A DNA stretch of 62,818 nt, filler included, from Octopus bimaculoides (Eukaryota), in NCBI RefSeq assembly GCF_001194135.2. It is 6 parts of 6 records of this genome, joined end to end, with 100 filler letters (N's around TTAATTAATTAA, not from the genome) between each part and the next. Parts side by side here need not be neighbours in the genome. Positions count along the whole stretch, not along the records: positions 48,027 to 53,234 come from NW_026336117.1; positions 53,335 to 57,708 come from NC_068994.1; positions 57,809 to 62,818 come from NW_026385730.1; 3 more parts are not named here. One strand, written 5' to 3'. The position numbers and the translations under genes are program-made. This document shows, piece after piece, positions 51,917-62,818 of this stretch; position 1 is the first letter of the stretch; each line of letters starts with the position of its first letter. A model generated the notes under the pieces. The model saw only the letters and a list, made by a program, of their open reading frames with translations, did not search any database and had not been told where the DNA came from.

Positions 51917-52676
51917 TTCCTTCTTTTCTATCTTTCTTTCAATATTCTACTCACGTTCCATTGTTTGTGACCTAATGTATAAAAATTAGTCCGTTCAGCT
52001 CTCACTATAATTTGTTGTGTATGTATGTATGTATGCATGTATGTATGTATGTATGTATGTATGTATGTACGTATGTATGTATGTATGCACGCATGTATGT
52101 ACGCATGGTAATTTCAGAGTTCATATCTTTTTTTAAATAACTATTTGAGTACTTTGTACAGCAGTGCACTCCCCTGTTTCAACCACGTTGGTTTGATCAG
52201 GTCGTTGATGACAGTAACGGGCCGTGGGACGGAAAGAAAATACTTTATTTTCTTAGCCACAGGATAAAGATGATTCAGACAAAAAAAAAGAGATATTTTG
52301 CGGGGAGAACTTGGTAAGAAGAGGGGCACATTCCAGCAGTTAAGTGCTGCTATTGCTCCTATTTCGGACCTGAAAATCCCTATAACTAAGAGGGGCATGA
52401 GATCAACTTTCGAAGAGTTAAAGTATTGTTGAGAAGAATTAACTGGGCGATTGCTGTGCATGTGTGACTGTGCTGTGTAGTAAGAAGTTTACTTACCAAT
52501 CACATGGTTCCGGGTTCAGTCCCACTGCGTGGCGCCTTGCACTACTGTCTCCTACTACAGCCCTGGGCCGACCAGATTCTTGTGAGCGGATTTGGTAGAT
52601 GGAAAAGAGCACTGGCATTGAACCTAAAACCATGTGGTTGGGAAACAATCTTGTTACCACACACCGACGTCTGGGC

Positions 52677-52709
<33 letters not shown>

Positions 52710-53394
52710 CTGTGTGTATACACAAATGTATATATTTTTATATGTACAAATTTATATCTGTATATAAACTTACATACATACATATTTACATAAACACACA
52801 TATTTTATACTAGGATAGCTTGTGTTTATATAGACATAATTAAGTACATAATAACACACACATAAACACACACACACACATACTCACACACATACACACA
52901 TGCGCACGCATGCAGACGCGCACACGCGCACACAATTATTCCTTATTGTGTTGAAAGCCATTTCCAATTTAACACTTCAAAAAATCCATTTGATTTCTCC
53001 TCCTTCCAAATTTACTTTGCAAGAGTATTTCATTGGACTCCTTCTTACGGCTGTTGTTGTTACTATTGTTATTGTTGTAGATGTTGTTGCTTTTGCTGTT
53101 GTTGTTGTTCGTGGTGGTGGTGGTGGTGGTGGTGGTGCTGTTTCTTTTATCTTTCTTGGCAGCTTTTGGTTTTTATTAAATAAAAATGTGACACGTTATA
53201 AAGGTCACCTTGAATATTAAATTATTTTGATGTGNNNNNNNNNNNNNNNNNNNNNNNNNNNNNNNNNNNNNNNNNNNNTTAATTAATTAANNNNNNNNNN
53301 NNNNNNNNNNNNNNNNNNNNNNNNNNNNNNNNNNTCTGTCTCCCCTCCTCCTCCTCCTCCTCCTCCTCCCCCTCTCCCTCCTTTGAATATACCA

Positions 53395-54027
53395 GAAGAG
53401 TTAAAAAGCTATGTAGATCCAGGCTGAATGGAGAAAACCTGATTAGGGGTATCAACGCGTAGAGCAGAAAATCTAGGACGATAATAGCTGTGCATGGGTG
53501 CTTTCATACTAGAAGTGAGGTGGCGAGGCTCTACTTACCTATGAAGAAAGGTGGGAGCGGACTGGTTGTGAAGGAGATCAAATCCTTTCATACCTATCTG
53601 AGAACTAGGAATGAAAGAATGTTGCAGGCTGCAGTGACTGAGAAGGTGGTCAGTGACAATGAGGAGACCCTCCAGGAATACAAATTGAGGACTGATAAAG
53701 AGAAAATCATACACGGGGAGCTTTTCCATCAAACGTCGGATGAAGCTGATGAAGAATCGCGGAGATGGTTAAGGCACGGATTTTTGAAGAAAGAGACAGA
53801 AGGATTGTCTCTTGCTGCTTAAGAACAAGCTTTACGGACCGATCCAATCAAGTGTAGCATTGATAAGACAGCAGCATCACCTTTGTGTAGATGATGTGAG
53901 AAACCATCTGAAACAGTTAGACATATAATAATTAGTGGTTGCTCAAAACCAGCCCAAAAGGAGAACAAAAGACGCCATGACTAAATGGTAATGCGAATAC
54001 ACTGGGGGTCGTGCAAAAAGTATGGAC

Positions 54028-54029
<2 letters not shown>
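53395..54029 (+). mobile_element. R4/Dong-type LINE fragment (post-RT region + CCHC), degenerate
   Basis: ARLYLPMKKGGSGL...WLRHGFLKKETEGLSLAA*EQALRT...PLCR*CEKPSETVRHIISGC..RRHD..IHWGSCKKYGL, running into (AAT)n. Confidence 0.85.
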
Positions 54030-54077
<48 letters not shown>

Positions 54078-54089
54078 TAATAATAATAA

Positions 54090-54257
54090 TACGGTCATGC
54101 GCTGTTTATTTTAGTATGTGATGACCATGTCGCGCACATATGGTTGTGATGCATGTGCCTGGTGTACCCTTATCAGACGGGTAGTCATGATGGGTATATT
54201 GGGCTTCGTATATTTTACCCCAGTGTCACTTCGATGGCATGCACTACTCTCTCACTC

Positions 54258-54258
<1 letters not shown>
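54090..54258 (+). mobile_element. Short repeat family E embedded in (AAT)n
   Basis: Homologous to 26847-26990(-); ends GGCATGCACTACTCT..(AAT)n. Confidence 0.65.
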
Positions 54259-54327
<69 letters not shown>

Positions 54328-54669
54328 GCAACAGCAGCAGCAGCAGCAACTTTCCAGAATATCGATCACGCAAAATAAAAACTAAACACATAGAAAAAGG
54401 CCAGCCTCGGCTTTTTGGAGTTAATCATTTTTAATGTTAGATTGTCGATCGGTCGGCCATAGTAAAACCACACGTAAGCTACTTGTCAGGTTTATAAAAC
54501 GACAAAACCGTTACACTATCGACTTATTATGTCTGCCAGCATGGCTGTCGGTCTGTTAGTCTGCCATAAAGTAAAAGTCATCGATTACTCATGTCTCGTA
54601 ATGTTAAATGATCGATTTAGCTAACCCAACATTGTTTCAAAAACAATTTATAAGCCTACTAACATTTTA

Positions 54670-54712
54670 TAGCGTTTATTTTATAATTTGTTTTTATTAC
54701 TCATTATCCTTT

Positions 54713-54772
<60 letters not shown>

Positions 54773-54804
54773 TGTTTCCTTCTTTGTTTGTTTGTTTGTT
54801 TGTT

Positions 54805-54847
<43 letters not shown>

Positions 54848-55020
54848 CACTTCCTTCATGTCTTCTGACTTTTGGTTCCCTATCTCCCTCATTTCCCATT
54901 CTCTTAAATCATCATCATCATCATCATCTTCTTCTTCTTCTTCTTCTTCTTCTTCTTCTTCTTCTTCTTCTTCTTCTCCTCCTCCTCCTCCTCCTCCTCC
55001 TCCTCCCCTTCTTCTTCTTC

Positions 55021-55052
<32 letters not shown>

Positions 55053-55275
55053 CTTCTTCTTCTTCTTCTTCTTCTTCTTCTTCTTCTTGTTTTCCTCCTC
55101 CACTTGTTTCTTCTCCATCTCCCCTTTCTCTTTACCCTTTTGCTCTTCCTCTCTCCTTCACTGACCCCCTTTCTCTCGTTCTCTTTTTCTTCTTCTTCTT
55201 CTTCTTCTTCTTCTTCTTCTTCTTCTTCTTCTTCTCCTTCTTCTTCTTCTTCTTCTTCTTCTTCTTCTCTCCTCC
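54670..55275 (+). repeat. Compound (CTTT)n/(CAT)n/(CTT)n/(CCT)n tract
   Basis: Direct reading. Confidence 0.9.
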
Positions 55276-55789
55276 TTTCCTCCCACCCCTAATTTTTCTA
55301 CTTTTTTTTCTTTTTCTACGTCCTTACTCCTCCTCTCACTCCTCCACCTCCTCCTCCCTCCACTTCTCTCTATATTTAGCAGAGTCGCTAGAATCTTCCA
55401 CACTGCTTTGTTGTTTTCCCCTTTCTTTCCCCACACCCTTCTTCATTCTCATTATTATTATTATTATTATCATTATTATTTCTTCGTTTCTCAATGCAAA
55501 CTCTTCACCTTTAATGGAAATAATATATCATATCAACAATGTTGATATTCTCTACAATAGGCTGTCAACAACCGATCAACCAATCCAATATGGCGATATC
55601 CTTTCATCGTGAAAGATCATTCATCTTCAGTTGCTTCATAGACTATCCTTGATTCCTTGATGTCATTCTAACAACCTACCTACCTACCTACCTACCTACC
55701 TACCTACCTACCTACCTACTATCACACACTCACACAGCCATCCATCTTACACACACACACAAACATGTGCAAACCCATATACAGATATA

Positions 55790-56096
55790 CATGAGTGGCT
55801 GTGTGGTAAGTAGCTTGCTTACCAACCACATGGTTCCGGGTTCAGTCCCACTGCGTGGCACCTTGGGCAAGTGTCTTCTACTATAGCCTCGGGCCGACCA
55901 AAGCCTTGTGAGTGGATTTGGTAGACGGAAACTGAAAGAAGCCCGTCGTATATATGTATTTATATGTATATGTTTGTGTGTCTTTGTTTGTCACCCCCAA
56001 CATCGCTTGACAACCGATGCTGGTGTGTTTACGTCCCTGTAACTTAGCAGTTCGACAAAAAAGATCGATAGAATGAGTACTAGGCTTCCAAAGAAT
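55790..56096 (+). mobile_element. SINE family B, truncated by gap
   Basis: CpG-rich young copy. Further copies or halves at ~2471-2690, 3684-3878, 4268-4436, 4870-5075, 7478-7645, 13455-13615, 38158-38240, 38735-38915, 41560-41880, 47700-47900 and 52459-52660. Confidence 0.85.
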
Positions 56097-56883
56097 ANNN
56101 NNNNNNNNNNNNNNNNNNNNNNNNNNNNNNNNNNNNNNNNNNNNNNNNNNNNNNNNNNNNNNNNNNNNNNNNNNNNNNNNNNNNNNNNNNNNNNNNNNNN
56201 NNNNNNNNNNNNNNNNNNNNNNNNNNNNNNNNNNNNNNNNNNNNNNNNNNNNNNNNNNNNNNNNNNNNNNNNNNNNNNNNNNNNNNNNNNNNNNNNNNNN
56301 NNNNNNNNNNNNNNNNNNNNNNNNNNNNNNNNNNNNNNNNNNNNNNNNNNNNNNNNNNNNNNNNNNNNNNNNNNNNNNNNNNNNNNNNNNNNNNNNNNNN
56401 NNNNNNNNNNNNNNNNNNNNNNNNNNNNNNNNNNNNNNNNNNNNNNNNNNNNNNNNNNNNNNNNNNNNNNNNNNNNNNNNNNNNNNNNNNNNNNNNNNNN
56501 NNNNNNNNNNNNNNNNNNNNNNNNNNNNNNNNNNNNNNNNNNNNNNNNNNNNNNNNNNNNNNNNNNNNNNNNNNNNNNNNNNNNNNNNNNNNNNNNNNNN
56601 NNNNNNNNNNNNNNNNNNNNNNNNNNNNNNNNNNNNNNNNNNNNNNNNNNNNNNNNNNNNNNNNNNNNNNNNNNNNNNNNNNNNNNNNNNNNNNNNNNNN
56701 NNNNNNNNNNNNNNNNNNNNNNNNNNNNNNNNNNNNNNNNNNNNNNNNNNNNNNNNNNNNNNNNNNNNNNNNNNNNNNNNNNNNNNNNNNNNNNNNNNNN
56801 NNNNNNNNNNNNNNNNNNNNNNNNNNNNNNNNNNNNNNNNNNNNNNNNNNNNNNNNNNNNNNNNNNNNNNNNNNNNNNNNNNN

Positions 56884-56939
<56 letters not shown>

Positions 56940-57513
56940 GTCATCGTCGTCGTCGTCGTCGTCATCATCATCATCATCATCATCATCAACCACAACAACA
57001 ACAATATCAAACACCCCCAACAATCATATACGAGGTATGAGGCCAGAAATTGTATTGTAAATAATGATTCTGCGATAATTCTGTGTGTTTGTGTTTTAGG
57101 TATACATATCTATAATTTCAGTATTGTTCGGAAATATTTTTACTATTCTTTTTACTTAATGCAATATAATATTTATTTACATTCGTGCGAGTCGAGTGCT
57201 ATTTGAAATGCATCGTCAGACCCCGGGATAATGTCATTGTTGTTTGGCCAACGTGATCAGCAAGATCAGAAAAGGAAAGAAAAATCAATACATCGAAGCA
57301 TAGTTATATAGATAAAGACAAAATCTAGAATCTGGGGAAATCTAATTATTAGTCTGCGTTGTGGAGGTTAATCCAAGGAAAAGCGCGCGCGCGAGAGAGA
57401 GACCAAGAGTAAAGTAAGAGTTATTAAATTGTGTGGAAAAGACGTTTAAAGCAAAGCCCTTTATTAAGAGATGAATTTGAATAGAGACAAAGAGATAGAT
57501 AGAAAGATAGATG

Positions 57514-57553
<40 letters not shown>

Positions 57554-57554
57554 G

Positions 57555-57708
57555 AAACATATATATATATGGGAGAATATACAAATAATAACAACAGACG
57601 AGGACAGGTGGTGTAAATAACAAAAGTATATATTAGTATGACGCTCGGGAATACGGAAAGTCTTTGACGTTTCGAGCTACGCTCTTCAACAGAAAGAATA
57701 CGGAGACA
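57555..57708 (-). mobile_element. Short hammerhead-bearing non-autonomous element (PLE pLTR-like) ending in (TA)n
   Basis: Homologous to 4510-4680(+), 19262-19440(+), 48027-48120(-) and 41481-41545(-); shared HHR, then a CACCTGTCYTCRTCT motif and a pyrimidine-rich tract running into TATATA. Confidence 0.6.
57661..57697 (-). ncRNA. Minimal hammerhead motif, position-6 variant (CUGUUGA)
   Basis: TCTTT-CTGTTGA-A-GAGC-GTA-GCTC-GAAAC-GTC-AAAGA. Confidence 0.55.
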
Positions 57709-58342
57709 NNNNNNNNNNNNNNNNNNNNNNNNNNNNNNNNNNNNNNNNNNNNTTAATTAATTAANNNNNNNNNNNNNNNNNNNNNNNNNNNNNNNNNNNN
57801 NNNNNNNNTGTGTGTGTGTGTGTGTGTGTGTGTGTTTTGAGGAATACATATATGTGTATGTATATATCGCTGAATTATGTAAAGGCTTTTAGCGAAACGT
57901 GTTTCGCAATATCTTTTATTGTTGTTGCATAGAAACTGACAATTCGTCTCGCATATAAACGAGTACATAACCAGTGTTAACACATCTAATAATTTGTAAT
58001 AATAAGATGTCTGTAAGAAAGCTATTACACGAAAATAATTGATAAACATTTTGTTTAAAGGTTTTAACGGCTTCACAACTTTATAATATTGCAAATCTCT
58101 GAGAATATTATTGCTGCTTATCCTGTTTTAGTAATACGTTTGTTTCCTGAAATAGCATATTATTTTGATAAAATAATATCTAAAATCATACCAATCGTTC
58201 TCTAATATTGAGTCTCTCTTCTATGTTATGGTCTAGTTTTCCTTCGACATAAGGCAAATAGAACTATAGCTGAAAATCGAATAGTAAATTCATTAAAAAA
58301 AAAAACCTTGACTCTTCCCTGTCGTCGATTTCATTTGCCGAT

Positions 58343-59317
58343 ATGGAAACTCATTCTGAAGATATAGAAAATATGAAACGGAAGCGAACACAGTTCCTCA
58401 AAATTTTGGAATTTCACAGTAAATTTAATACTATTAGGAAATCAGTTATGGATATTTCCTCGCCGCAGTTTGGAAGAATATTTTTCCACGCTTTATATAT
58501 AATGCATTTTCTATGTCTGATTATAAACCCTATTCGTTACATTGTTAATTTTATACTACTGGAAGTTTATGAAACCGATGAAATGTTTGTGTATATTCTC
58601 ATCATATTTTATCGAATTATGCTTGCCTTTTGTTGTCTGATACAATTCTTTTGGCATTCTAAAAACAAACAGCTAATTGAAACATTTGCTCAAATTGAAA
58701 TCGAAGAAGAAGATAGAAAATTTTATAACTGCAATATAAGATTCTCATACATATCTCTCTCTATAGGTATACTGCTACCGGTAGCTCTTTACATATTTTT
58801 GAAGTATGTTGTGCCGCTTTTTAGCCCTGGTATGCTGATTTTCATAACATATCCTGTACCAATCAACAGTACTTTCAACATTCCATTTCTAACAATACAA
58901 GTTGTAATTAATTGCATGTCACTGACGTCTTATTTATTTGATGTACATATAAATGTAATGATTGGATTCATTCTTAAGTATGAATTTGACAAGCTGGCGA
59001 CTCAGGCTCAATGCTGCCTAAAGGAACAGCAGCCACACATTTCAATTTTGGCGAAGAAACCTAGAGAGATTACAGATTTATGTAATGCACACGATAATCT
59101 GAGTACAATACTGGGATTAGTAAATGAATCATTACGGTTTTCTACAGCATTTATCGTTCTTGGTAGCATCATTAATTGCTGTATTGCAACGTACGCAACT
59201 ATAAATGTTCTATATAGAAACAACGTTCCTGTATACGTTTATATAACAATGATTGCATTCGGCAGTCTGATGACTTGGATTTTAACACTTTGGAATGGTG
59301 TTCGTTTACATGCTGCG
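58343..59317 (+). CDS. Gustatory receptor-like (GRL / 7TM chemoreceptor ion-channel family) long first coding exon, TM1-TM6; TM7 exon(s) not seen in window
   Basis: 325 uninterrupted codons with six hydrophobic segments (~aa45-71, 81-104, 134-153, 182-212, 268-290, 296-318). There is a 'ILKYEF' after TM4 and a GR-type loop 'EITDLCNAHDNLSTILGLVNESL' before TM5. It ends '..LWNGVRLHAA' at a phase-0 consensus donor GCG|GTAAGT (GT at 59318). Family assignment is by pattern recognition, not HMM. Confidence 0.8.
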
Positions 59318-60649
59318 GTAAGTTATAAAAAATACTTACATAATACCATGTCAGTGTAATATCCTTATTTTCAACACGAACCAAAAATGCCATTGCATTC
59401 AATTGCAAGTGACTATGAATGGTGGAATACTCTATGCATTCGATTGCTAATCTCGATCTTTAAGTTTTGCAGGCACCAAGAACTATCGTTTCAGTTCTCG
59501 GCTCCATGACCTACTGAAACTCTTGAACGTTTCGCTCGGTGGAATCTAGAGATGCTCGACATATCAAATGCTAGCCACATCTGTCACCCTATCCATAAAT
59601 CGAAACAACGACCTTATGGTCTTGTGCTAAGTATCGTAACCACCAGACCATATATTTCATATATAGTACTTCGACTTTATTATACTAAAATGTATTATAT
59701 AACATGTCGCTTTCTAATACTATAGGCATCATATTCTTGGATGAGAAGTTATATATTTTTTTAAAAGATGGGGAAGACAGACACATCACATTTTTTGGCA
59801 GATTTCAGTACTTAGATATTGCTTTTGATAAGTATCAAATTATGGTGTAGAATCTCCTTTCTTCCTGTTTCCTGAGTAACGCTGCGATGGACTGAAAAGA
59901 ATGGAATAGATTATTGAGTAGACGAGTGGGAATGTTTTTATGCAAGTATAAACATAAATATAAGGCAACACGTATATATACAAAAAAATAAGTAATTAAT
60001 TATAGGCAAAAGAAATGCTAAAAGTTTTGCGAATTTAATAACTAACGTATAAAGTAACCCAAAAGAAATAACAAACTAAGATTATGTAAATTAATGTTAA
60101 AGTTAATTAGCATATTTTATCATATATTATCATATATTATCGCATTGTCACGCTTAGAAGTTCATTAAGTTGAATGATGTTTAATAGAGAGGGAATCAGA
60201 TACTGGACAGTAATGGGTGAGTAAAACCTAAATGAAATTGAAATGTATGAATATACATACATTATTAGTGACAAGCAACCCTAAAATTTATATTGGGTTG
60301 TACAAATAAAGGTAAACAAAAACCTATTGGTCAAAAATTTCAATATTTCAGCGTTCCCGGAGTGAGTTTAGGTAACGGAAATAGAAGAAGGAAATATGGT
60401 GGAAAGCTACAAACACTAGGGAAGAAGCGAATGATTCAGTTTAAAACTATGAAATAGTAGAGTAAGATGGGAGTACATCATAGCTTACAAAAATAAGGGC
60501 ATAAAAAAGGGTTCAAAATATGAGAGTTTACTACAAATTGGTTTTAATTAATTTTAATTAGGTTGGCTTCGATACCGGAAGTAGGAATTTATTTTAGGGA
60601 GGAAAATAACAAGATGGAGGGGGAGAGAATAACAACATAAGAGAAAATT

Positions 60650-60793
<144 letters not shown>

Positions 60794-61061
60794 CACACAT
60801 ATACATGTACATACACACATACATATGTATTAAAGGAAAAAGGACAACAAAATCCAAGGCAGGACGAGCATTTCAAGTCATTTAGAATATTTAATTGGAG
60901 TAAGATGCATTTGATGTAATCAATTAATTAATTAGTTTTTCAGGCCATTTGACTCTGTAAATAATAGTACTCGAATACTAGAGATAGAGTAATATACTTT
61001 ATTAAAAAGCAGCAAAAATATCACAAAAAACCTGTTGTATATATGTATATATATGTATATA

Positions 61062-61094
<33 letters not shown>

Positions 61095-61097
<3 letters not shown>

Positions 61098-61320
61098 TGT
61101 GTCTGTGTTTGTCCCCCCAACATCGCTTGACAACCGATGGTGGTGTGTTTACGTCCGCCTAAATTAGCGGTTCGGCAAAAGAGACCGATAGAATAAATAC
61201 TAGGCATCCAAAGATGGGGTCCTGGGGTCGATTTACTCGACTAAAGGCGGTGCTCCAGCCATGGCCACAGTCAAAATGACTGAAACAAGTAAAGGAGTAA
61301 AAGAGTAAAAGAGTAAAAAA
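61095..61320 (+). mobile_element. SINE family B 3' half, inside the GRL inter-exon interval
   Basis: CAACATCGCTTGACAACCGATG..GGCGGTGCTCCAGCCATGGCCACAGTC..CTGAAACAAGTAAA. Confidence 0.85.
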
Positions 61321-61353
<33 letters not shown>

Positions 61354-61931
61354 NNNNNNNNNNTATATAAACATATAGCTTATATTCATATTTAAGAAGA
61401 AAAGGAAAATGGCGATTGGGTAGTCAATAACTGTTTATTATTAACTGCAAATTAATCCATTATAGATATATATAAACACACGCATACAGAATCACACACA
61501 CACACATATGTACATATACACGATGATATGTACATACACACACATCACATACGTATTCTTTCATCTTCTTTGGCAACTTCAAAAAACGAATGAGTGCATA
61601 TTGATTATTCTTGTAACATCAACATAAACGATTATATTGTTGACAAAGTTAAACAGATGTATGATGCAATGGTAAATATACCCACTTGCTATCACTTAGG
61701 CACTTTTTCATTAAGGTGTTATATAAAAGAAACTAATTGAAGTTTATGCAATAGAGGTGTGTTAATTGTCGTTCAAGAAGATATTATTAAGTGTTGATAG
61801 GAAAACTAAATAGAGAACACTTCCGACCATGTTTATCGAATTATAATAAGGAAGAAAACATTAACTTCTTTTACAAAAAAGTGTCATTCATTTATAGAAA
61901 GTCACGCGTGCACGTGATCGCGCTCGCACGC

Positions 61932-61977
<46 letters not shown>

Positions 61978-62310
61978 AGGCCACTGGAAGCTATATATTT
62001 AGTTATCCATTCTGTTATATCATAATGGAAAGAACGTATATACTAACGCCTTCTAATTTTTATTTCCATTCGTAGAAAGAAGATATTTGATAACAATTAA
62101 GAGCTCAATATTACCTTCATAATCTAACAATTTAACGTCTACTTATAGGAGAAAATAAGTTTCTTATATTTTGAGTCTAAAATTAATATTTGAATTCATT
62201 AAAGGAAGCATATCGGAAGCAAATTTTGCCTCAATACATAGAAACCTCTGATAGTTACATTGTCTCAGTTGGTTTCAGTTTAACGGAAGTCACACACGTA
62301 TACATACATG

Positions 62311-62365
<55 letters not shown>

Positions 62366-62434
62366 GCAGATATCCTATTTCTTTATTGCCCACAAGGGAC
62401 TAAACATAGAGGGGACACACAAGGAGAGACAAAA

Positions 62435-62608
62435 GGATTAAGTCGATTACATCGACCCCAGTGCGTAACTGGTACTTAATTTATCGACCCCGAAAGGATG
62501 AAAGGCAAAATCGACTTCGGCGGAATTTGAACTCAGAACGTAACGGCAGACGAAATACCGCTAAGCATTCCGTCCAGCACGCTAACGTTTCTGCCAGCTC
62601 GCCGCCTT
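62435..62608 (-). mobile_element. SINE family C, ~90 bp upstream of the second GRL exon acceptor
   Basis: Reverse complement of GGCGGCGAGCTGGCAGAAACGTTAGC..GGGGTCGATAAATTAAGTACCAG. Confidence 0.85.
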
Positions 62609-62706
62609 AAATACACACAGATATCCGTTAAGCCATTTAGAAAGACTATTCAAGACATTAAGAAATAAAGCGTGCGTCTTCTTTTCTACCGATTTCAGTT
62701 GCCGAT

Positions 62707-62818
62707 ATGGCATCTCTTTTTGAAGTTGACGGAACTGGAGAAAATATGAAAACAAATGAAACACGGTTCATGAAATTACTGGAATTTCATCGGAAAATTA
62801 ATATTATTACGAAACCAC
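62707..62818 (+). CDS. Second GRL paralogous first exon (5' part, runs off window)
   Basis: MASLFEVDGTGENMKTNETRFMKLLEFHRKINIITKP aligns to the N-terminus of the 58343 exon (ENMKRKRTQFLKILEFHSKFNTIRK). The two share the upstream context GATTTCA(G/T)TTGCCGAT-ATG. A pyrimidine tract plus AG acceptor lies at 62697-62698. Confidence 0.8.
   Translation, partial: MASLFEVDGTGENMKTNETRFMKLLEFHRKINIITKP

Noticed and set aside
59473-59517. Phase-0 mini-exon ttttgcag|APRTIVSVLGSMTY* with a TM7-like 'TY'
   Set aside because: It stops right after TY, omits the loop and TM7a, and gives no pore helix. It lies beside a decayed SINE head (~59595-59652). It remains the main alternative to test for the GRL model.
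61596-61740. Open frame HIDYSC..VKQMYDAMVNIPTCYHLGTF as a possible GRL loop exon
   Set aside because: No usable acceptor and no TM7 motif.

Overview
AT-rich, microsatellite-dense animal genomic DNA with many N gaps. The SINE/LINE repertoire and repeat style point to an octopus/coleoid cephalopod draft assembly (inference). There are no prokaryotic features, true tRNA/rRNA genes or CRISPR arrays, and most ORFs in the track are microsatellite or gap artefacts. (1) Main coding signal: a 325-codon exon (58343-59317, +) encoding six predicted TM helices with gustatory-receptor-like (GRL/7TM ion-channel) hallmarks. It stops at a phase-0 GT-AAGT donor just after TM6. A clearly paralogous first exon starts 3.4 kb later (ATG 62707), and I found no TM7 exon between them, suggesting tandem variable first exons spliced to shared C-terminal exons. 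(2) Positions 1-20 kb form a CpG-poor domain with a phase-compatible chain of small minus-strand exons of an unidentified gene. (3) The rest is retroelement debris: four tRNA-type SINE families, five (TAA)n-associated R4/Dong-type RLE LINE fragments, Tx1/L1, RTE and CR1-like fragments, a mariner end, a MITE-like foldback and Penelope-like remnants. (4) The Penelope-like remnants carry minimal hammerhead ribozyme motifs, including an A3-U8 covariant core, A6 variants and a tRNA-headed hammerhead element. A miR-29-like hairpin lies at 51118-51180. SINE family letters A-E are my local labels, and repeat boundaries are approximate.
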